Source: Cyanobacteriota bacterium
GTDB taxonomy: Bacteria; Cyanobacteriota; Cyanobacteriia; Cyanobacteriales; Nostocaceae
Assembly (NCBI GenBank): GCA_046045965.1
Contig: JBJOKS010000043.1
Span: 1 to 28,052, forward strand
Length of the DNA: 28,052 nucleotides
Direction: 5' to 3'
Of this stretch, positions 9,213 through 17,235 are shown in pieces. Under the pieces are notes generated by a model. It was not told the origin of the DNA, did no database searches, and saw only the letters and a list, made by a program, of their open reading frames with translations. The position numbers were made by a program, and so were the translations under genes. Position 1 is the stretch's first letter. Each line of letters begins with the position of its first letter.

Positions 9213-10322
9213 GTGAAGATTAAACAAGAGGATATACCTGTAGATAAAATTATCTTAGAAGATTGCTTACAAATGCTTCGTAATCTGCCAGATGCAAGTG
9301 TAGATTTAGTTGTATCTTCACCTCCGTATAATTTAGGCAAAGAATACGAATCTAGACAAGCTCTTGATTTTTATTTAAAAGAACAAACATTAGTATTAAG
9401 AGAATGTGCTAGGATTCTTAAAAAAACAGGTTCGTTATTTTGGCAGGTTGGAGCTTTTGCTGATAAAGGAATGCTGATTCCTTTAGATATTCGTTTCTTT
9501 CCCATTCTTGAATCTTGTAATTTAATTCCCCGTAATCGTATTATATGGGCTAGACAACATGGACTACACGCTCAAAAGAAATTTTCTTGTAGACATGAAA
9601 CAATTCTTTGGTTTAGTAAATCTGATAATTATAAATTTAATTTAGATGCAATTAGAGTTCCACAAAAATATCAAAATAAGAAGCATTTTCGAGGAAGTCG
9701 TAAAGGTGAACTTTCATGTAATCCAGATGGTAAAAATCCTGGTGATATTTGGATATTTCGCAATGTTAAACACAACCATGAAGAACAAACTATACACCCC
9801 TGCCAATTTCCAGAGGATTTAGTAGCTAGAATTATCTTAGCTACAACCGACAAAAATGATATTGTGTTAGATCCTTATATGGGTACTGGTACTGTAGCAG
9901 TGGTAGCTAGAGATTATGAACGCCATTTTATCGGAACAGAAATTGAACAGAAATATCATGAGGTTGCACTACGTCGTCTCAGTGGTAAACCAGATGAAAA
10001 TGGATATTTTCCTAATCTAAAAACATTGCGTGATTATGTTGATAAAACTGGTGAACCTATCGAAAAATTTAGATTTGATTTGCAAATAGGAAATAGAGCT
10101 TCAGAAAGCAGTAAAGCAAAAATTTATCCAGAAGAATATCACTTACAAGAAATGGAAGATAGATTACTCTATGAGGAAACTGCTTTTGCTGCTGGTTTAC
10201 GAAATGAAGAACTTCCCATAGATCCAAAGCTAAATGGAGCTGGAAAGAAAACACAGTTGCAAAATAAAATAGTTAAGCAAGTAGAACAGATTGAACAAGT
10301 TGAACTGAAATTATGGATTTAA
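9213..10322 (+). CDS. Beta-class amino-methyltransferase, M.BglII-like (predicted m4C in AGATCT)
   Basis: SPPY precedes DPYMGTG (beta order). IPLDIRFFP, RHETILWF, HNHEE.TIHP and FPNLKTLR recall M.BglII. GTG start at 9213 has a GAGGT RBS (track start is 9177). Confidence 0.9.
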   Translation: MKIKQEDIPVDKIILEDCLQMLRNLPDASVDLVVSSPPYNLGKEYESRQALDFYLKEQTLVLRECARILKKTGSLFWQVGAFADKGMLIPLDIRFFPILESCNLIPRNRIIWARQHGLHAQKKFSCRHETILWFSKSDNYKFNLDAIRVPQKYQNKKHFRGSRKGELSCNPDGKNPGDIWIFRNVKHNHEEQTIHPCQFPEDLVARIILATTDKNDIVLDPYMGTGTVAVVARDYERHFIGTEIEQKYHEVALRRLSGKPDENGYFPNLKTLRDYVDKTGEPIEKFRFDLQIGNRASESSKAKIYPEEYHLQEMEDRLLYEETAFAAGLRNEELPIDPKLNGAGKKTQLQNKIVKQVEQIEQVELKLWI

Positions 10323-10427
10323 TACAGTATGATTAAAGATTCATAACTTAGGAATCAAAAAGGTTAAGTATTTGATTTAACCTTTATTGTATCGCCTATT
10401 TATCTGTAATATACTCACCATTAATCG

Positions 10428-11087
10428 TCATACCAAATGAAATGTATACTGGTGATTTTTCTTGCCAGATTTTATTTGGTATTGACGTTGATTTTGCGTG
10501 ACAATCTTTCGAGCAGTTTTCTTCTCATATTCTGTCCAAATAGCGGATGCAGTTGTATTTATATGTTCAAATAACCCAACAACTCTAATTGGTATTTTAA
10601 ACAATTTGATTTCATCTAGGGCTGATAACTGTCGAACAGCTTGCTCATAGTAAAGGGAACTATTGGAAGAAGGGAATATTTGGGATTTAGTAATTATAAT
10701 CATAAGCTTGATAGACTGTCCCCCTAATTGAGTACCTTTTTGAAAGAAAAACTCCACTCTTGCTGTATTATTGAGCAAAAATGGATAGTTAGAAAACTGA
10801 TTTTCAAGAATTAATCCTGCTTTAGCAAGATCAATCCCTTTACCGAAAAATTCGTATTGAGTAGGAATGGGCAGCAGATTCCATCCCAATTTATTCAGGT
10901 AATTCTCAATATATAAATTTGTTCCTACTGGGTCGAAAATAGGTTTTCCCTGTTTGTTAGCTTGACTTGAAGCCTTAATGTGTAAAGGCATTCTAGTTAG
11001 CACAGTTTCAATCTCATTCCACTCTGTATTATAATGGGTATTAATAACAGTATTGGCTGCATTAAAATCAGTAATTTGAATTAGAAT
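10428..11087 (-). CDS. BglII-family type II restriction endonuclease, probable ATT start at 11087
   Basis: MPLHIKAS, IFDPVGTN, D...ENQFSNYPFLLNN and NSSLYYEQA match BglII as recalled. The open frame extends 28 codons upstream of the track start (ILIQITDFN...WNEIETVL vs BglII MKIDITDYN...WKEIEETL). Confidence 0.88.
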   Translation of the reverse strand: MLIQITDFNAANTVINTHYNTEWNEIETVLTRMPLHIKASSQANKQGKPIFDPVGTNLYIENYLNKLGWNLLPIPTQYEFFGKGIDLAKAGLILENQFSNYPFLLNNTARVEFFFQKGTQLGGQSIKLMIIITKSQIFPSSNSSLYYEQAVRQLSALDEIKLFKIPIRVVGLFEHINTTASAIWTEYEKKTARKIVTQNQRQYQIKSGKKNHQYTFHLV

Positions 11088-11089
11088 AA

Positions 11090-11338
11090 CTACCTCTCTT
11101 TGTTGTATGTGAGCAAATTTTCAATAAAAGTTAATGGATCTATTTCCAGAACTTGAGTCAATTGTAAAAATTCAATCAAGTCAAGACGACGCTCCCCACG
11201 TTCATACTTTGATACATAGGATTGTGGACGCTCTAATTTTGCTGATAGTTCTGCTTGAGTAAGGTTAGCAGCTTTGCGAGCCTCTATAAGCATTTTGCGA
11301 AACTGATTGTATTCTTCACTGAAAACGGATTTAGACAC
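11090..11338 (-). CDS. XRE/HTH controller (C) protein of the R-M system
   Basis: 82 aa HTH_3 (LTQAELSAKL..PQSYVSKYERGERR) directly upstream of and co-oriented with the REase. Confidence 0.88.
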   Translation of the reverse strand: MSKSVFSEEYNQFRKMLIEARKAANLTQAELSAKLERPQSYVSKYERGERRLDLIEFLQLTQVLEIDPLTFIENLLTYNKER

Positions 11339-11397
11339 TTGAACGGATATTGAACTTGATAAAAGTTAGAACATATTACCTAACTCTGTTCAATCTT

Positions 11398-11432
11398 AAA
11401 ACCTAATATGGGATAAACCCAAAATAGGTTTT
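11398..11432. promoter_or_regulatory. Tandem C-box operator upstream of the C-R operon
   Basis: AACCTA-ATA-TGGGAT (11400-11414) and AACCCA-AAA-TAGGTT (11416-11430); minus-strand -10 candidate TAAGAT at 11397-11392. Confidence 0.75.
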
Positions 11433-11541
11433 TTGTAGAGCGTCAGAGTTTCTATGAGTTACGCATTGTACAAATTTACTATTATGTGAGTGAACGAAAT
11501 TACGTAGTTTCAGGCTTTTGAGGATGAAGTTTAGACAAATA

Positions 11542-11971
11542 GCGATTGCGCGGAGTGCAGTACCAGAGGCGATCACCCAAAAATACTATGCAATAGCGAT
11601 CGCTGTTTGGAGGTTTGGAAGATGCGATCAAGTTTTGGGGATGTGGAGGTGCGATAGCGTAAGCGCTGCTGCAAGCAGTTCGCTGTTTGGGGGTTTGGGG
11701 GAAGTGCGATCGCTTTTGGGGGATGTGTGGGAAGTGCGATCGTTTGTTGAGGTTTGGGGGGTGCGATCGCGTTTGGGTTATGTGTGGGATGTGCGATAGC
11801 GTAAGCGCTGCTGCAAGCAGTTCGATGTTTGGAGGTTTGGAGGAAGTGCGATCGCTTGTAGGTATGTGGAAGATGTGCGATAGCGTAAGCGCTGCTGCAA
11901 GCAGTTCGCTGTTTGGGGATGTGGGGAGGGTGCGATCACGTTTAGGGATGTGTGGGAAGTGCGATCGCGTA
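11542..11971 (+). repeat. HIP1-anchored tandem array (13 HIP1/HIP1-like sites, ~27-30-bp G/T-rich units) with three 21-bp SDR5-like inserts
   Basis: GCGATCGC or variants at 11542, 11569, 11596, 11624, 11651, 11706, 11736, 11763, 11793, 11848, 11877, 11932 and 11961; GTAAGCGCTGCTGCAAGCAGT at 11659, 11801 and 11885. Confidence 0.9.
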
Positions 11972-11985
11972 GCAGATAAATATAA

Positions 11986-12306
11986 CTATTCTTCTTCTGC
12001 TAATATCTGTGAAATATCCCGTGCAGCATGAATTAACCGGACAATTTCAATATAATCATCCCCTTGCAAATAAAAAATTAGATGCTTTTCAAATCCTTTA
12101 ACTGGCCACTTTCGCAAACCCAGTAAACGAGGATTTCCAATATCATAAACACTACCAATACCCGGTAGTTGTGCTATTTGTGAAAAAGTCTGCCTAGTAG
12201 CATCAAAAAAACTCAATGCTGCATCGAAATTACTCTGTGCAATATAAGCAAACTGTTCATCCAGATCAGCACTAGCCTTTGGTCTGATTATAATTCGTCT
12301 AGTCAT
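11986..12306 (-). CDS. parE: RelE/ParE-family toxin
   Basis: IIIRPKASADL...P.IG...HLIFY...IEIVRLIHAARDI. Confidence 0.9.
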   Translation of the reverse strand: MTRRIIIRPKASADLDEQFAYIAQSNFDAALSFFDATRQTFSQIAQLPGIGSVYDIGNPRLLGLRKWPVKGFEKHLIFYLQGDDYIEIVRLIHAARDISQILAEEE

Positions 12307-12309
12307 TGG

Positions 12310-12561
12310 CTATGATTTGCGAATTCTTTCAATCAGTTGGGAGCGTTTTTGTTCCCACCATTCATCTGTAATTTCTATTGCATCACCGCTATCTAATCCT
12401 TCCAATAATAACTTTTCTATTCGTGATTGTTGGACTCTTTCTAAGTCTTGACGAATTAGGTGTCTAATATATTCGCTAGTTGTACTGTAACCACCTTTTT
12501 CTACCTGTTCATTGATAAAATCCCGCATAGAATCGGGAAGAGAAATATTTACTGTAGTCAT
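12310..12561 (-). CDS. parD: ParD-family ribbon-helix-helix antitoxin
   Basis: MTTVNISLP...GGYSTTSEYIRHLIR...LLLEGLDSG; ends 3 bp upstream of parE. Confidence 0.9.
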   Translation of the reverse strand: MTTVNISLPDSMRDFINEQVEKGGYSTTSEYIRHLIRQDLERVQQSRIEKLLLEGLDSGDAIEITDEWWEQKRSQLIERIRKS

Positions 12562-12635
12562 AATTAACAAGTGTTGATTTTTCTGACTATCTAATTATGG
12601 CAAATATTGTCAATTTTTGTCAAACAGTCTGCATG

Positions 12636-12758
12636 GCGATCGCTGGTTGGAGGTGTGGAGGTGCGATCGCTTGTTGAGGATGTTGGGGAAGTGCGATCGC
12701 GTAAGCGCTGCTGCAAGCAGTTCGCTGTTTTGGGATGTGGAGGAAGTGCGATCGCGTA
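12636..12758 (+). repeat. Second HIP1-anchored tandem array with one 21-bp SDR5-like insert
   Basis: HIP1 at 12636, 12663, 12693 and 12748; insert 12701-12721 flanked by a TCGC duplication. Confidence 0.9.
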
Positions 12759-12812
12759 ACTGTAGGTAGAAATTTTGTATAATTCACATAATGATATAAA
12801 ATTCAAAGATAA

Positions 12813-13091
12813 ATGATACAAACATTTAAAAATAAATCCTTAGAAAATCTATTCAGAGAAAATTTTAATAAAGGAATCCCAGCAAACCTAGAAAAGAAAA
12901 TTAGAATTAGATTAGAAGTTATAGACTCAGCTTTAATTGTAGATGATATAAGATTACCGGGATATGATTTGCATGAATTAAAAGGAGATAGAAAAGGAAC
13001 TTGGTCAATTAAGGTATCAGGAAACTGGCGAATAACGTTTAAATTTGAAGATGGTGATGCTTATGATGTCAATTTAGAAGATTATCATTAA
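12813..13091 (+). CDS. higB: HigB-family (plasmid maintenance killer) toxin
   Basis: LHELKGDRKGTWSIKVSGNWRITFKF...LEDYH. Confidence 0.93.
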   Translation: MIQTFKNKSLENLFRENFNKGIPANLEKKIRIRLEVIDSALIVDDIRLPGYDLHELKGDRKGTWSIKVSGNWRITFKFEDGDAYDVNLEDYH

Positions 13092-13165
13092 TGTTGTGTT
13101 AAGATAGTAGTAAATAGTTGAAATTTGTTAAATAAATTTCACCAAATTATCTAGGAGGATTAATT

Positions 13166-13477
13166 ATGAATAATTGGCAAAATATTACTGATGAGAGATT
13201 AGCAAGACCAATACATCCAGGTGAGGTAATTGCAGATATTTTAGATGATTTAGAAGTTAATCATAACGCTTTTGCCGAAGTTTTAGGAATATCTCATCAA
13301 ACAATTCAAGAAATTATTAATGGTGAAAAATCAATTACTGTAGATATTGCAATTCGTCTGGGTAAAGCTTTAGGTAATGGACCCAGACTTTGGTTAAATC
13401 TTCAGCAAAAGGTTGATGTTTGGGATGCTTTACAAATTCATCAGGAAGAATATAATAAAGTTATAACATTGGTTTAG
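13166..13477 (+). CDS. higA: HigA-family antitoxin
   Basis: PIHPGEVI...HTH...ITVDIAIRL...WLNLQ; AGGAGG RBS; toxin-first gene order. Confidence 0.93.
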   Translation: MNNWQNITDERLARPIHPGEVIADILDDLEVNHNAFAEVLGISHQTIQEIINGEKSITVDIAIRLGKALGNGPRLWLNLQQKVDVWDALQIHQEEYNKVITLV

Positions 13478-13484
13478 AAGAAAT

Positions 13485-14060
13485 ATGGATTTTATTACTC
13501 TCTATCTACCTCCATCAATTCAATTAACTGATGATCAATTTTTTGAATTATGTCAAATTAACGAGTTAATCAAATTTGAACGAAGTTCTCATATTAGTCT
13601 GATATTAAAACCTTTATTAGATGGTGTATCTAGCAATATTAATGCTGGGTTAACTACTCAATTAGCAAATTGGAACGATGACAAATTACAAGGTATAGTT
13701 TTTGGTTCTGATGTCGGTTTTATTTTACCAAATGGTGCGATTCGCTCCCCTAGTGCTGCTTGGATAAAGTTGGAAAGATGGAATACTTTAAGTGATGAGG
13801 AAAAGGAAAAATTTCCTCCTATTTGTCCTGATTTTGTGATTGAGTTACTTTCTCCTAGTGATAGTTTGAAAACTACACAGGAAAAGATGAGGGAATATAT
13901 AGATAATGGTGTGCGTTTGGGGATATTAATTAATCGTAAATCTCGTCAGGTGGAAATTTATATACCTGGTAATGAGGTTGAGGTCTTAGAGTCTCCTGTT
14001 ACGGTTTCGGGGGAATATGTTTTAAAGGGTTTTGTTTTGAATTTGGGGATGATTTGGTAA
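13485..14060 (+). CDS. Uma2 (DUF820) PD-(D/E)xK family protein, atypical catalytic motif
   Basis: GFILPNGAIRSP, PICPDFVIELLSPSD and KMREYIDNGVRLG; the usual SPD reads SPS. Confidence 0.9.
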   Translation: MDFITLYLPPSIQLTDDQFFELCQINELIKFERSSHISLILKPLLDGVSSNINAGLTTQLANWNDDKLQGIVFGSDVGFILPNGAIRSPSAAWIKLERWNTLSDEEKEKFPPICPDFVIELLSPSDSLKTTQEKMREYIDNGVRLGILINRKSRQVEIYIPGNEVEVLESPVTVSGEYVLKGFVLNLGMIW

Positions 14061-14192
14061 TATTTACAATTATTAAATCTATCTATTACAAAATAGTGAT
14101 ACACTTGATCTCGTTAATCATATACAAGCAGGTGTTTTATATTGCTCATTATATAATTACTTAACTTTAGCAATTCTTTGGGAGCAACAACC

Positions 14193-15362
14193 GTGATAGA
14201 TGGTAAAGCTATTTCTATTTCATTATTTACAGGTGCTTATGGTCTAGATTTAGGATTAGAACAAGCAGGTTTTCATACTGTAAGTGTAGTTGAAAAAGAT
14301 CGTGATGCTGTCAAAACAATAGCTCTTAATCGTCCATTTTTAAAAGAAAGTGCAATTCCCAGAGAAATACAAAATATCACCTCTCAACAATTACTAGAAG
14401 AAGGAGGAAGAGTTTTAAATTTAGGACGTGCTTTACAACCAAAAGAAGTTAATTTAGTTACAGGTGGTCCACCATGTCAACCATTTAGTACAGCAGGAAA
14501 AAGAGGTTCTGTTATGGACCCTCGTGGTAGTTTATTTATGGACTTTATTCGCATTGTTAAAGAAGTCCAACCCTGTTTTTTCTTAATGGAAAATGTTAAA
14601 GGTTTGCTTTCTGCTCCACTGCGTCATCGGCCAATTAATCAACGTGGAAAAGATTACCCACCTTTAGAACCTGATGAAATGCCTGGTGCTGCTTTAAAAG
14701 TAGTATTATCAGAAATGCAAGCAATAGGATATAACGTAGTTTACAACCTGTTAGAAGCAGCAGATTATGGAGTTCCCCAAAATCGAGAGCGTGTCATATT
14801 TATCGGTTCTAGAGATGGTGAAACTGCTACATTTCCTATTCCCAAATATTGTAAAAATGGTCAAACTTTACCTAAATGGAGGACATTAAAAGATGCTTTA
14901 ACTAGGTTAGTTGATGTAGAACCAGAATATATGTCTTATTCAGAAAATCGTTTAAAGTATTTAAAATTATTAAAAGCTGGACAAAATTGGCGACATTTAC
15001 CAGAAGAGTTGAAAAAAGAAGCTATGGGAGGAGCTTATAATTCTGGAGGTGGAAAAGTCGGTTTTTATAGAAGATTATCCTGGGATAAACCTTCACCAAC
15101 AATTACTACAAGTCCCCATCAAAAAGCTACAGATATGTGTCATCCAGAAGAATTACGTTGTTTAACAGTGCGTGAGTCTGCAAGGATTCAAACATTTCCC
15201 GATGATTGGATTTTTTATGGTTCTGTAAGTTCTAAATATAAACAAATTGGTAATGCAGTTCCCGTATTACTTTCTAAAGAACTTGGTAGTTATATTTTTA
15301 ATTTAATTCACGGAAATAAATCAAAAGGTAAAGAAATAACTGAACAACTATCACTTTTTTAA
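14193..15362 (+). CDS. Orphan DNA (cytosine-5) methyltransferase
   Basis: Motif I FTGAYG, IV GGPPCQPFS, VI ENVKG, VIII QNRER and X QIGNAVP; GTG at 14193 follows a GGAG (track start is 14178). Confidence 0.95.
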   Translation: MIDGKAISISLFTGAYGLDLGLEQAGFHTVSVVEKDRDAVKTIALNRPFLKESAIPREIQNITSQQLLEEGGRVLNLGRALQPKEVNLVTGGPPCQPFSTAGKRGSVMDPRGSLFMDFIRIVKEVQPCFFLMENVKGLLSAPLRHRPINQRGKDYPPLEPDEMPGAALKVVLSEMQAIGYNVVYNLLEAADYGVPQNRERVIFIGSRDGETATFPIPKYCKNGQTLPKWRTLKDALTRLVDVEPEYMSYSENRLKYLKLLKAGQNWRHLPEELKKEAMGGAYNSGGGKVGFYRRLSWDKPSPTITTSPHQKATDMCHPEELRCLTVRESARIQTFPDDWIFYGSVSSKYKQIGNAVPVLLSKELGSYIFNLIHGNKSKGKEITEQLSLF

Positions 15363-15377
15363 GTAAGGCATTTTAGT

Positions 15378-15397
15378 CCCCCTTTTCTTCAAGGGGG
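15378..15397. terminator. GC-rich hairpin between the convergent MTase and murF genes
   Basis: CCCCCTT-TTCTTC-AAGGGGG. Confidence 0.5.
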
Positions 15398-15486
15398 GGG
15401 TTCCAGGTGGAAACAGGAAGAAAAAGCACAAATTTGTTAGCTTTTCTGTATCGTATGTTGACTAATCTAAGATGTAAGAAATAATT

Positions 15487-16860
15487 CTATCCTCTTGTTT
15501 CTTGAATCTCCTTTTGAAACTGATTAACAACTCGATCCAAACCTACAGAATGAGCAGCTTTAAATAATAACCGATCGCCCTCCTGTACAAACGTCTTTAA
15601 TCTCGCTACCAAATCAGCATGAGTTGTTAAACATTCACAAGGAATCCCCTTAGCACTGTCAGCGATAATTTCCGCATCTTTGCTATCAACTAAAACTAGT
15701 AAACCATCTAAATTTAATTTCTGCACCATTTCCCCAACTTGTTGATGTAATTGTTGGGATCTGTCTCCTAACTCCTTCATTGCACCTAATACGGCAATTT
15801 TCCGCTTTCCAGGAGTATCTGCTAACAACTGCAAAGCTGCTAACATCGCTTCTGGGGCAGCATTATAAGTTTCATCTAAAATGACAATATTATTAGGTAA
15901 ATTAACCCGTTGCGATCGCCCTCCCGGCATATTCACCATCACCCCACCTTGCAGCGTTTTCCAATCAATTTCTAACACCTTAGCTACTGCTAAAGCCGCT
16001 AAAAAATTAGTAGCATTGTGACGACCAGCTAACGGTAAAGGTAAACGCAATTCTCCCACTTCTACAACTTCATTATCAATTAATTTCCCTTGAATATCCC
16101 CACCAGAAAAGCCATAACTAATCACTTTTCCCCGCCAAAATTTCTCCGCTGTCGCCATTAATAGCGGACTATCATGATTGAGAATTGCCACACTATCACT
16201 AGGCATTTCTGCTAATAACTCGCATTTAGCTTCAGCTATAGCTTGTTCTGAACCTAGTAACTCAATATGTGCTGTTCCCACATTCGTAATTACACCGATA
16301 GTTGGCCTAGCTATGTGCGTTAATTCCGCAATTTGTCCTCTCCCCCGCATAGCCATTTCTATCACCGCAAACTCATCTTCTGCACCCAGTTCTAACAGGG
16401 TTTTAGGAACTCCAATTTCATTATTGAAATTTCCATAAGTTTTGTGAACCTTTCCCTGGGTTGCTAAAACAGCTGCTATTAGTTCCTTAGTTGTCGTTTT
16501 ACCCACCGAACCCGTTACCCCAATTACAGGAATAGAAAAAGCATCCCGCCACCATCTAGCAATTTGCTGATATGCTTTCAGGGTGTCGGGTACTTGTAAT
16601 ACAGGTAATTCAGAGTTTTCATAAGTATAATCCACAATAGCTGCGATCGCACCCTTAGCGATCGCCATCGCTACAAACTCATGTCCATCAAACTTTTCAC
16701 CGCGTAAAGCCAAAAACACCTCACCCGGTCGTAAAATCCTAGTATCTGTTTGGATACCGCTGCTGATTTGAGCTAAGGCAGATACAGATAAATTCACAGG
16801 AGTGGCTTCAAGAACTTCCACCAATTGGGATAAAGTGGCCGCAACAGGCATACTGATCAT
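15487..16860 (-). CDS. murF: UDP-N-acetylmuramoyl-tripeptide--D-alanyl-D-alanine ligase
   Basis: GEKFDGH, GVTGSVGKTTTKE, NFNNEIG, DETYNA and LGAMKELG. Confidence 0.98.
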   Translation of the reverse strand: MISMPVAATLSQLVEVLEATPVNLSVSALAQISSGIQTDTRILRPGEVFLALRGEKFDGHEFVAMAIAKGAIAAIVDYTYENSELPVLQVPDTLKAYQQIARWWRDAFSIPVIGVTGSVGKTTTKELIAAVLATQGKVHKTYGNFNNEIGVPKTLLELGAEDEFAVIEMAMRGRGQIAELTHIARPTIGVITNVGTAHIELLGSEQAIAEAKCELLAEMPSDSVAILNHDSPLLMATAEKFWRGKVISYGFSGGDIQGKLIDNEVVEVGELRLPLPLAGRHNATNFLAALAVAKVLEIDWKTLQGGVMVNMPGGRSQRVNLPNNIVILDETYNAAPEAMLAALQLLADTPGKRKIAVLGAMKELGDRSQQLHQQVGEMVQKLNLDGLLVLVDSKDAEIIADSAKGIPCECLTTHADLVARLKTFVQEGDRLLFKAAHSVGLDRVVNQFQKEIQETRG

Positions 16861-16893
16861 TAATAAAAGTTAATTCCCAAATCATCATACAGT

Positions 16894-16926
16894 AGATACC
16901 TGACTTCTTAGAGAAGTTGGGAAGCT
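16894..16926. repeat. Short degenerate copy of the AGATCCCCGACTTCT inverted-repeat element
   Basis: AGATACCTGACTTCT-TAG-AGAAGTTGGGAAGCT. Confidence 0.65.
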
Positions 16927-17042
16927 GACAATTCTTTATCCTTTACAAAACTTAATCTAAAATTCTTGCACCGAGAAAATACATAAAAAGAGACATCGGT
17001 TTTCTTCATCAAAAATATAAAATTCTGTTGTGGTACTTTTGG

Positions 17043-17197
17043 ACTGTGACATTTATCTGTCGGCTATCAATTACCGTCCCAGTAGCGGTACAGTTACCTG
17101 CTGAGTAAAAAATGTTTACCACTTCCAGGTAAACCTGCAACGCTGTGAGACTTGAAGAGTTTGCTGTTCTCCACATTAAGGGTGAACACGCGCATTG
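17043..17197 (-). ncRNA. ssaA: 6S RNA (SsaA/SsrS)-like non-coding RNA; ends approximate
   Basis: The minus strand contains GAGAACAGCAAACTCTT and AACTGTACCGCTACTGGGACGGTAATTGATAGCCGACAGAT, resembling cyanobacterial 6S RNA as recalled. It folds by hand into a rod: GUCUCA-CAGCGUUGCAG pairs with CUGUACCGCUA-CUGGGAC, with a central bubble and an apical GUUUACC/GGUAAAC hairpin. Confidence 0.75.
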
Positions 17198-17235
17198 AAT
17201 ATTGTGGTTTGAGAACTATCCCAAAGAGTGTAAAT

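Noticed and set aside
11542..11971. Possible CRISPR array (recurring ~34-bp sequence)
   Set aside because: Spacing is irregular, the 'spacers' are themselves HIP1 repeat units similar to each other, and no cas genes are present
11518..12031. ORFs 11518..11799, 11687..12031 and 12591..12821 with repeated Cys motifs (RiPP- or metallothionein-like look)
   Set aside because: They are translations of the HIP1 arrays, with no RBS and no modifying enzymes nearby
14220..14250. FTGAYG in methyltransferase motif I as an inactivating change
   Set aside because: Related enzymes (SinI-like, FSGAMG as recalled) carry a bulky residue here, and all other motifs are intact
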